This document shows positions 1 through 5,290 of a stretch of DNA of 6,888 nt, one piece after another; the first letter of the stretch is position 1; each line of letters begins with the position of its first letter. This stretch comes from a virus. Taxonomy: Duplodnaviria; Heunggongvirae; Uroviricota; Caudoviricetes. A program made the position numbers and the translations under genes. The notes under the pieces are model-generated. The model saw nothing but the letters and a program-made list of their open reading frames with translations, did no database searches and was not told where the DNA came from. The DNA lies in IMG/VR virus record IMGVR_UViG_2802429219_000013; one strand, written 5' to 3'.

Positions 1-93
1 GACTGGTTGCGCGAAGTGATCGTGAAGCTTAATGACTGGCCGTCAAACCGTGTGCATGAACTGCTGCCCTGGAACTGCTCAACTGTAAAATAA
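1..93 (+). CDS. Possible 3' end of an ORF truncated by the window start (product unknown)
   Basis: Frame 1 is open from position 1 to TAA at 91-93 (...DWLREVIVKLNDWPSNRVHELLPWNCSTVK*). Only 30 codons, so an open frame by chance is quite possible; no start or RBS visible. Convergent with ssb. Confidence 0.25.
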   Translation, partial: DWLREVIVKLNDWPSNRVHELLPWNCSTVK

Positions 94-219
94 TCCTTAC
101 GCTACGTACTTCTCGGGGCGCTTACGCCAGTACCGCCTTTCGTGCATTCATCTTAAATGTCCTTTTACTGCGAAAATGGACATTAGTATCGGAAACAGGA
201 AAGGGAGGCGAAAGACGGT

Positions 220-342
220 TTAAATGATGCGCTTACCTTTATGCGCCGATGTGGTTTTATCCTGCTGCTGTATCGCCTGCGTCGTTTTCTGCAGCGTGCC
301 GTAAATGCCTTTCGGTTTTCGGTTAATGGTCAGCTTTGTCAT
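220..342 (-). CDS. Hypothetical small basic protein (40 aa)
   Basis: ATG at 342 (minus strand) preceded by AGGGGAAAG with ~4 nt spacing; ORF MTKLTINRKPKGIYGTLQKTTQAIQQQDKTTSAHKGKRII ends with TAA at 220-222. Lies 36 nt downstream of the ssb stop, same strand. Below the ORF-track length cutoff; no recognisable family. Confidence 0.3.
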   Translation of the reverse strand: MTKLTINRKPKGIYGTLQKTTQAIQQQDKTTSAHKGKRII

Positions 343-378
343 GCTTTCCCCTGTAATAACTCTGTTCGCTGTTGTGAA

Positions 379-801
379 TTAAAACGGTATGTTGTCCCCG
401 TACGGATCATCATTACCCGCCTGTTGTTTTGCCCTGTTCAGCGCGTCAGTAGCCTGGCCCTGTTGACCTTTTTTGCCGCCCGGTCGCGCCGTTCGCGCAC
501 TGATTACGCTGTCTGCGATGACCTGCCAGCCCTGCCGCGTTTCGCCGTTCTGGCCTGTCCACTGGCTTACCTGCATGTTACCCGCCACGCTCACCAGTTC
601 GCCTTTCTGGTGCTTTGCCAGTGCGTCGGCCTGTCTGCCAAACGCCAGGACGGATAACCACATCGTCGCCGTTCCGTCATCTGCCTGGCTGCACGGCAGG
701 GGAACCGCCATACTCGCCATCGCCATTTGTGTCCCCTTGCTGGTGGTCTTTAACTGCGGGTCAGCCACCAGCCGCCCGTAAGCCGCTATCTGTGCTGTCA
801 T
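379..801 (-). CDS. ssb: Single-stranded DNA-binding protein (SSB, OB-fold) with C-terminal ...GDNIPF tip
   Basis: 140-aa ORF. ATG at 801 preceded by GGAGAG about 9 nt upstream. The N-terminal two thirds follow the SSB OB-fold pattern (YGRLVADPQLKTT..., LSVLAFGRQADALAKHQKGELVSVAGNMQVSQWTGQNGETRQGWQVIADSV), followed by a Gly/Gln-rich linker and an acidic C-terminus ending IPF, as in E. coli SSB (DDDIPF). Confidence 0.85.
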   Translation of the reverse strand: MTAQIAAYGRLVADPQLKTTSKGTQMAMASMAVPLPCSQADDGTATMWLSVLAFGRQADALAKHQKGELVSVAGNMQVSQWTGQNGETRQGWQVIADSVISARTARPGGKKGQQGQATDALNRAKQQAGNDDPYGDNIPF

Positions 802-864
802 GCTGTCTGCTCTCCGGTTTTAACGTTGATAGTTACGCTTGTTTACACCCTTACTGTGAAATTC

Positions 865-939
865 TGCGGGTTATAATCGCACTTTTGCGGGTTATAACTG
901 CCGTTTTGCGGGTTATTTTGGGTATTTTGCGGGTTACGA
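865..939 (+). repeat. Four direct iterons (TGCGGGTTAyna) at exact 21-bp spacing
   Basis: TGCGGGTTATAA at 865-876 and 886-897, TGCGGGTTATTT at 907-918, TGCGGGTTACGA at 928-939; each preceded by a short T run. The 21-bp period is two helical turns, so all copies lie on the same face of the DNA. Confidence 0.75.
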
Positions 940-978
940 TTTTCCTGTCATTCCTTTAATAATCATATGGATACTGAT

Positions 979-987
979 TTATCCACA
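979..987 (+). promoter_or_regulatory. Consensus DnaA box (TTATCCACA)
   Basis: Exact 9/9 match to the E. coli DnaA box consensus, located inside the AT-rich spacer between the direct and inverted iterons. Confidence 0.5.
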
Positions 988-990
988 GAA

Positions 991-1009
991 ATAACCCGCA
1001 TAACCCGCA
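991..1009 (-). repeat. Two inverted copies of the iteron core (ATAACCCGCA = reverse complement of TGCGGGTTAT)
   Basis: ATAACCCGCA at 991-1000 and again at 1000-1009 (9-bp offset, sharing one base), opposite in orientation to the four direct iterons. Confidence 0.7.
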
Positions 1010-1037
1010 AAATTTTCACCCTACACGCGAGAAAAAA

Positions 1038-3161
1038 TTAATCTTCTTCGCTTTCAGGCTGGAACATCAGCACGTAAAAAACATGCTGCTTCCCCCCAAT
1101 CCTGCCGAGCGCCTTTTTCTTGTAACGGCGATCGTTACCCGCTTCCAGCATTCCGGCAGCACTCAACGCGCGGGCAAAGTGAGACGGATTAAATCCCTGT
1201 GCTATCTCACCCTCAAATACATGCGGGAACGTGTAAAAACGGAACTCGTCATCTTCGTTTCTGATACTCCCCTTTCTGTATCCGGCAAGCTCTTTAATCG
1301 GTAAATCACGCTCGTCGGTGTTGGGCCACGGAAGGTATCTGCTGAATCCAAACGACGCTAAAAAAGCCTCTGCCTGTTCAACCATCTGTTTAAACTCCCT
1401 GTTACCCGTGCCGAATTCCTTCACCCAGGCATTAAAATTATGCTGAATGGCATCGCGGCACGCCTGAACATCCCAACCAGTAATATGGACGGAAAGCACC
1501 AGCGCCGACTCCAGCATGGCGAATCGTTCCCCCACACGGTGAACCTGTTCGCCGTAGCTCTCCGGTATCAGGTTGCGCCACCGTTCACGGCATGCCCTTA
1601 CCGTGTCCTTTGCCTCCTGCTGGTGGTCTGCCAGCCATTTAACCCACTCACGCCCAGCCGCCCCGTGATTTTCTGTCCAGGCATCTTTTAACGCGTCTGC
1701 GTGCGCCTTTCCGGTGCTGTATTCGTGAAATTGCGTGGCTTTTTCCATCGGAACGTTAAGCAGGCGGACAAGCTGCCCCGCTTTGACTTTTATCCCCTCC
1801 GTTTTGAGGAATGTTTCAACGTCCATTTCTCCGGTACTGATTGCCACCGTTCGCCAGTGTTTGATCTCCCGGTTGCCGCCGTCCTTCGCTCCCTGTAATT
1901 TCCCGGAACCGTTAAACAGCGTATAAGCCGATGTGGACACCTCCCGCGCGTTTCCGGCCTGACCTATTTCATCCAGGGGTAATAGCCCGTCATTGTGCGC
2001 CTCTGCCTCGTTGGCGATACCTAACGCCGTGCCGTACCAGGTCAGCCGTTGTGCGTCCGGCTCTCCCCATAAACTGGATGCGATGTTCTGCGTTGTGGTC
2101 TTACCTGCCGATGACTGTTCGAAAAGATGTACCCCGAAGCCGTCAGCACCCACCAGCCCGATTAATGGTGCGGATAACGATACCGCCACACCCAGCATCA
2201 TGGACGGATTACCACCAGCCAGTCGCGCCACGGTATCGCGCCAGCCATCCGCCGTTCCTGCCACGGAATAGCCATTAACGGCAGCCGTTTTTCCGGTAAA
2301 CAGGATCGGTTTTTCAGACTCACCAATGACTGAACCGTCCGGCATGATGTACGCACCAAAATGCCAGCCCGTTGTTGTGCTTAACTGCCATTCCTCATGG
2401 TTTCCGCTTAACTGCATCCAGTCAGCCAGGATAGCCCTGTATTTGCCGTTGGTTGTCACATTCAGTCCGTGGTCTTTCAGCAGCCGCCAGCCGTCACGGT
2501 CGCCAATGCCACCGCACGGAACCGCCATTGTGATGACTTCGTGGTTTGCAGGTTTCTTCCAGCGCATCACGCGGTAATGCTCTTTGCCGATTGTCCCCGT
2601 TCCCAGTAGTTCAAGCGGGGAGCATAACCACGTCTCAGGCCGGATAATTTCGCCTGACTGCTTGTCAACTTTGGGCGTTACCCAGAAAACACCATCGGCG
2701 CGACTTTCAACGCGGGGCTTTAATTCATCATCGCCCTGGCTTTCTGTGATTTTTTTCTTTAAGGGCAACACCAGACTTTCCCCGCGCTCGTATTCGTCTT
2801 TCAGTCGGGCAAGCTGTGGTGTCCAGTCCTCCAGTAAATCGCCGTTCTCGTCACAAAAACAGGCTTCCTTAACACCAGCCGCTGCCAGCAGGGTTTCAAT
2901 CTGTAGCGCCAGTTTGTCATCCAGTTTTCCGGCACGTCTGACGATGGCGCGTGACCGACCATCATCCACAATACGCAGGTTTTCCAGATTACCCAGGTCA
3001 CGCCGTCCGAGATAAACAGGTGGTATTTTGTCGCCGCGCTTTCTGGCTTCTCCGCCCTGCATGTAATGCTCTGCGTGGCTGTATGCGTCATCCCCCGCAA
3101 AAATCACTGCATCCTCGCCTTTATCTTTCGGTAACAGTTTTACGTTCGGTGCCAGTTTCAT
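1038..3161 (-). CDS. Primase/helicase-like replication initiation protein (P4 alpha-like / DUF927-type, assignment from memory) with P-loop-like SAGKTT motif
   Basis: 707-aa ORF, by far the longest in the window. Start ATG at 3161 overlaps the upstream ORF's stop (ATGA) and is preceded by GGGGAAAGG. Contains a P-loop-like motif FEQSSAGKTTTQ near aa 350. Position between the regulatory module and an iteron origin matches replication proteins of int-alpA-pri type satellites. Family call not verified by search. Confidence 0.9.
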   Translation of the reverse strand: MKLAPNVKLLPKDKGEDAVIFAGDDAYSHAEHYMQGGEARKRGDKIPPVYLGRRDLGNLENLRIVDDGRSRAIVRRAGKLDDKLALQIETLLAAAGVKEACFCDENGDLLEDWTPQLARLKDEYERGESLVLPLKKKITESQGDDELKPRVESRADGVFWVTPKVDKQSGEIIRPETWLCSPLELLGTGTIGKEHYRVMRWKKPANHEVITMAVPCGGIGDRDGWRLLKDHGLNVTTNGKYRAILADWMQLSGNHEEWQLSTTTGWHFGAYIMPDGSVIGESEKPILFTGKTAAVNGYSVAGTADGWRDTVARLAGGNPSMMLGVAVSLSAPLIGLVGADGFGVHLFEQSSAGKTTTQNIASSLWGEPDAQRLTWYGTALGIANEAEAHNDGLLPLDEIGQAGNAREVSTSAYTLFNGSGKLQGAKDGGNREIKHWRTVAISTGEMDVETFLKTEGIKVKAGQLVRLLNVPMEKATQFHEYSTGKAHADALKDAWTENHGAAGREWVKWLADHQQEAKDTVRACRERWRNLIPESYGEQVHRVGERFAMLESALVLSVHITGWDVQACRDAIQHNFNAWVKEFGTGNREFKQMVEQAEAFLASFGFSRYLPWPNTDERDLPIKELAGYRKGSIRNEDDEFRFYTFPHVFEGEIAQGFNPSHFARALSAAGMLEAGNDRRYKKKALGRIGGKQHVFYVLMFQPESEED

Positions 3162-3472
3162 TTTGCCTTTCCCCGTTCACGAATAATTTCACGTACTGCC
3201 TTAATGCGTTCCATACCTGTAACGCGCATGATTCTGTCGATGTCGCTTAAGTCCGCTGGTGGTGCTTTGCTTACCAGGGTGAATTCCCTTTCAAAGCGCA
3301 TAAGTGACGACACGCAGGGATGCGCATAACCTTCGCGGATATAGGTCACGCGAAAATCATCGACGGTTTTAATCGTTATCGTGCTGCCGTATTTATCCCG
3401 GAAAATATCGCCGGGGCGGATTTCAGGCCGAGCGGGGCCGCTGGCAGTAAAGCCAGAAATTTTCTGTTTCAT
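3158..3472 (-). CDS. Hypothetical protein (104 aa), translationally coupled to the primase gene
   Basis: ORF MKQKISGF...RERGKAK; its TGA stop overlaps the primase ATG (ATGA, 3158-3161). Starts 5 nt after the stop of the upstream ORF. No family recognised. Confidence 0.7.
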   Translation of the reverse strand: MKQKISGFTASGPARPEIRPGDIFRDKYGSTITIKTVDDFRVTYIREGYAHPCVSSLMRFEREFTLVSKAPPADLSDIDRIMRVTGMERIKAVREIIRERGKAK

Positions 3473-3477
3473 GGTTT

Positions 3478-3705
3478 TTATTCCGCGTTTATTTTTTTAT
3501 CGTGAATTTCGATCGCTTTATTTAATTCGACGATTACCGTATCGAGTAATGAAATAAACGCACCAGCAAGGTTAGATTCACGTTCATCTTCCGGCGCATC
3601 ACTTAAACCATCAAGCCAGATAAGCAATATTTGCCGCAAACATTCACTGTTAGTCAGTGCATGTTCTGCATGGCTCATTGATTTAAAATAACGGTCATCA
3701 TGCAT
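3478..3705 (-). CDS. Hypothetical small protein (75 aa)
   Basis: The track ORF 3478-3750 was trimmed to the internal ATG at 3705, which is preceded by TCAGGGGG with 6 nt spacing and overlaps the upstream ORF's stop by 8 nt (ATGCATGA). Protein MHDDRYFKSMSHAEHALTNSECLRQILLIWLDGL... Confidence 0.55.
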   Translation of the reverse strand: MHDDRYFKSMSHAEHALTNSECLRQILLIWLDGLSDAPEDERESNLAGAFISLLDTVIVELNKAIEIHDKKINAE

Positions 3706-3934
3706 GGTGCGCCCCCTGAATATCTGCGGTAAGAATTTTGCCTGCCTCATTCAGTGCCATATCAGCGGTAAGCTGTGCGTATGCCAGTGAATGCGGGATT
3801 ATCGCCCCTGTATATTCCGGCTCTCTGGTAATGTGTTTTTCTGCGGTTGCTGCTGTGCATGAAATATCAATCAGCGCGTGCATTAGCGTTTTGATGGCTT
3901 CGGCGGCTGCGTCCGGACGGGTGTTATTGCACAT
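3698..3934 (-). CDS. Hypothetical small protein (78 aa)
   Basis: ATG at 3934 preceded by TATTCAGGGGG with 6 nt spacing; 11-nt overlap with the upstream ORF. C-terminus ...ADIQGAHHA is encoded by the reiterated junction element. Confidence 0.55.
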   Translation of the reverse strand: MCNNTRPDAAAEAIKTLMHALIDISCTAATAEKHITREPEYTGAIIPHSLAYAQLTADMALNEAGKILTADIQGAHHA

Positions 3935-4136
3935 GTCTCACCCCCTGAATATTCGCGTTAATCATTCCGGCACGCTCTGCGAGTTCCTGTAATGATTCCC
4001 TTGTTGCGACAATTGCTTCATCTGGCAGGTGGTAATTACACACCACGCGACCTTTATCCACATTGACCAGTAGCTGCCCGGTGAATTTCTCACGAAACTG
4101 AACGCGGTTAAGGTCGGTAAGTGACAGGTTAATCAT
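3924..4136 (-). CDS. Hypothetical small protein (70 aa)
   Basis: ATG at 4136 preceded by TCAGGGGG with 6 nt spacing; C-terminus ...ANIQGVRHVQ is encoded by the junction element. No family recognised. Confidence 0.55.
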   Translation of the reverse strand: MINLSLTDLNRVQFREKFTGQLLVNVDKGRVVCNYHLPDEAIVATRESLQELAERAGMINANIQGVRHVQ

Positions 4137-4332
4137 GGTGTACCCCCTGACGAATACGGGCGGCGAATACCATCACGCAGCCATCAGGAGATTGCTGGCG
4201 TGCTTCCTGTTCGCTGGTGGCCTCGATGTGAATCACGCGCGGTTGTGCGGTGCCCAGGGCGATAAAACGCCAGATGTATTTATTCAGGTTGTGCGAGTCC
4301 CGCCCTTGCGGGTGTGTGGTATGATTTAACAT
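4129..4332 (-). CDS. Hypothetical small protein (67 aa), first gene of the leftward operon
   Basis: Retained 3' part of the implausible 306-aa track ORF 4129-5049. The internal ATG at 4332 is preceded by GAGGT with ~4 nt spacing. C-terminus ...ARIRQGVHHD again comes from the junction element. The antisense + ORF 4135-4329 lacks an RBS. Confidence 0.45.
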   Translation of the reverse strand: MLNHTTHPQGRDSHNLNKYIWRFIALGTAQPRVIHIEATSEQEARQQSPDGCVMVFAARIRQGVHHD

Positions 4333-4428
4333 AGCTACCTCGATACTCTCGTTATCGTTGGTGGTTAGAAGCCCGTTGGTGTTGGTAGCGCCTGCGGGCT
4401 TTGTCTTTTCATCGATTACCTTAATAAA

Positions 4429-4510
4429 GGTGTCAGCCACTATACTAGTAATAGGTGTCAGCCACGTCAATAGTGTTTTTCCATTTTCTTGTGTGTATAC
4501 TGTCAGCCAC
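4429..4510. promoter_or_regulatory. Divergent promoter/operator region with three direct repeats of (G)GTGTCAGCCAC
   Basis: GGTGTCAGCCAC at 4429-4440 and 4454-4465, ACTGTCAGCCAC at 4499-4510. Two TATACT -10-like hexamers (4441-4446, 4496-4501) abut the repeats. A candidate leftward promoter on the minus strand has -35 TTGACG (rc of 4465-4470) and -10 TAGTAT (rc of 4442-4447) with a 17-nt spacer. The candidate rightward -10 at 4496-4501 overlaps repeat 3 and lies about 30 nt upstream of the RHH gene ATG. Confidence 0.5.
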
Positions 4511-4531
4511 CTAATAACAAGGGAATCAGAT

Positions 4532-4711
4532 ATGGCAACGAAAGCAGTTAATGGAAAATCAAAAAAACTTGAGGCACGAGTACCCCATGCAATAGCTGAC
4601 GCTGTAGAAAATTTAAAGGAAGAAGGCGAAAGCACTGGGCAATTTATCGTTTCGGCACTTGAAGGTGAGATCAAACGCCGCCAGCGGCGCAAGGCCAAAG
4701 AGCAGGAATAG
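4532..4711 (+). CDS. Small DNA-binding regulator, ribbon-helix-helix-like (59 aa); candidate repressor of the element
   Basis: ATG at 4532 preceded by AAGGGA about 8 nt upstream. MATKAVNGKSKKLEARVPHAIADAVENLKEEGESTGQFIVSALEGEIKRRQRRKAKEQE has a basic N-terminus, a short beta-strand-like KKLEARVP segment followed by two predicted helices, and a basic tail, consistent with an RHH (Arc/CopG/MetJ-like) fold. The track ORF 4358-4711 was trimmed because its 5' extension runs through the operators and promoters. Confidence 0.6.
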   Translation: MATKAVNGKSKKLEARVPHAIADAVENLKEEGESTGQFIVSALEGEIKRRQRRKAKEQE

Positions 4712-4808
4712 CCAACCAGCAAGCCAGCACACTGATCACATTGCCCACCAGCCGCAAATGTGGCATTGTTGGCGATGCGTTCAAGTTTGATTTGCCGTAA
4801 TACCCACT

Positions 4809-4840
4809 GGCGACCCTTTGCGGTCGCCTTTGTTTTGCTT
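4809..4840 (+). terminator. Rho-independent terminator (likely end of the RHH regulator transcript)
   Basis: Perfect 7-bp stem GGCGACC (4809-4815) / GGTCGCC (4822-4828) with a 6-nt loop, followed by TTTGTTTTGCTT. Confidence 0.55.
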
Positions 4841-4874
4841 GTTATCCGGCAATTGTGGCGCTTCGTCACACGGT

Positions 4875-4883
4875 TGATATAAT
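4875..4883 (+). promoter_or_regulatory. Candidate extended -10 promoter (TGaTATAAT)
   Basis: TG at 4875-4876, one base, then consensus TATAAT at 4878-4883. No good -35, which extended -10 promoters tolerate. Located between two + strand terminators. Confidence 0.35.
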
Positions 4884-4889
4884 TTCCCT

Positions 4890-4960
4890 GCACTGATCCA
4901 TTTTTTTCGCAGCAGGTTAATTGTTCAGAAAGGCGGCTCATTATCGGGGCCGCTTTTTTT
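4890..4960 (+). ncRNA. Candidate small RNA (~70 nt) between the extended -10 promoter and a strong intrinsic terminator
   Basis: Predicted start ~4890 (7 nt after the -10), end at the terminator 4933-4960. No ATG inside the predicted transcript (4890-4960). Purely a prediction from promoter plus terminator geometry. Confidence 0.3.
4933..4960 (+). terminator. Rho-independent terminator
   Basis: Stem GCGGCTC (4933-4939) / GGGCCGC (4947-4953), 7 bp including one G-U pair, with a 7-nt loop, followed by TTTTTTT (4954-4960). Confidence 0.65.
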
Positions 4961-5101
4961 ATGCCTGAAAAACACCAATTTTGTGGTTTTTCAGTTTCAC
5001 CAGGCCGAACGAAGCCCCGCCCCTGTACGGGCGCATATCCAGTATTCATGGTTAGATCTCTGTATTAGTGGATGGGTGGCGGCTGTGTGCCGCCAGCCTG
5101 A

Positions 5102-5290
5102 TTAGTGAACTGCCTCGCAGCTGTCTTTCCATGCCAGAACTTCGGATAAAGACCAGCCAACGGAACGACCGCCGAGCTTACGCCGTGATGGGAATTGTCC
5201 GGCTTTTTCCAGGCGGTACCGACATGAGCGGCTCAGGCCTGTAAGTTGCTGACATTCTTTTTCACGTATAAAGCGATCTGTGCTTAACAC
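5102..5290 (-). CDS. alpA: AlpA-family transcriptional regulator / excisionase-like DNA-binding protein
   Basis: 62-aa ORF; the segment QQLTGLSRSCRYRLEKAGQFPSRRKLGGRSVGWSLSEVLAWK fits the AlpA/phage winged-helix pattern (LTGLSRSTIYRL..G.FP.P.KLG.R.V.W...E...W). Start is GTG at 5290 preceded by AAGGGGGAA with ~4 nt spacing. Same orientation as and downstream of int, as in CP4-57-type elements. Confidence 0.85.
   Translation of the reverse strand: MLSTDRFIREKECQQLTGLSRSCRYRLEKAGQFPSRRKLGGRSVGWSLSEVLAWKDSCEAVH

Larger units (their letters stand above)
865..1009. other. Putative iteron-type origin of replication (direct iterons, AT-rich spacer with DnaA box, inverted iterons)
   Basis: Four direct iterons (865-939), an AT-rich ~50 bp spacer (940-990) containing TTATCCACA (979-987), then two inverted iteron copies (991-1009). 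Sits immediately 3' of the primase/helicase-like gene (stop at 1038), the usual place for ori in P4-like and PICI/SaPI-type satellites. Confidence 0.65.

Noticed and set aside
224-304. Small + strand ORF (26 aa, Cys-rich) downstream of a strong AAAGGGAGG motif (200-208)
   Set aside because: The GGAGG to ATG spacing is about 15 nt, too long for efficient initiation, and the ORF overlaps the better-supported minus-strand 40-aa ORF. Not reportable as a gene.
241-959. + strand ORFs 241-657, 473-781 and 615-959 overlapping ssb and the iterons
   Set aside because: They are antisense to the well-supported SSB reading frame, and 615-959 is partly a translation of the iteron array itself (repeated LRVI... 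peptide).
865-1009. Repeat array considered as a possible CRISPR array
   Set aside because: The repeat unit is about 12 bp at a 21-bp period with 9-bp spacers, and includes inverted copies. This is an iteron geometry, not CRISPR repeat/spacer geometry, and no cas genes are present.
1083-3250. Nine + strand ORFs of 63-143 aa antisense to the primase gene (1083-1304, 1440-1691, 1701-1898, 1735-1926, 1931-2278, 1993-2271, 2326-2577, 2584-3015, 2951-3250) and the minus-strand ORF 2801-3100 in another frame
   Set aside because: All lie inside the 707-aa gene, which is the only frame with a coherent protein pattern, a coupled start and an SD. The others are Pro/Ser/Arg-rich or Cys-rich low-complexity translations typical of antisense frames.
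3320-4329. + strand ORFs 3320-3505, 3738-3992 and 4135-4329 antisense to the small-ORF operon
   Set aside because: No ribosome-binding sites; they overlap minus-strand ORFs that have consistent SD-N6-ATG starts and translational coupling.
4358-4711. 117-aa + strand ORF as a long form of the RHH protein
   Set aside because: The N-terminal 58 codons are translated from the operator/promoter repeats themselves and are hydrophobic low-complexity sequence. The internal ATG at 4532 has a proper SD and gives a 59-aa protein of sensible RHH size.
4775-4882. 35-aa hydrophobic + strand ORF (MRSSLICRNTHWRPFAVAFVLLVIRQLWRFVTRLI) that could suggest a type I toxin
   Set aside because: No ribosome-binding site, and the reading frame runs straight through the terminator hairpin at 4809-4840 and the extended -10 element, so its hydrophobic stretch is a translation of the T-rich terminator tail.
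4129-5049. 306-aa minus-strand ORF from the six-frame track
   Set aside because: It runs antisense through the RHH gene, the operator region, two + strand terminators and the candidate sRNA, and has no ribosome-binding site at its 5' end. Only the last 67 codons (4129-4332), which have their own SD and ATG, were kept as a candidate gene.
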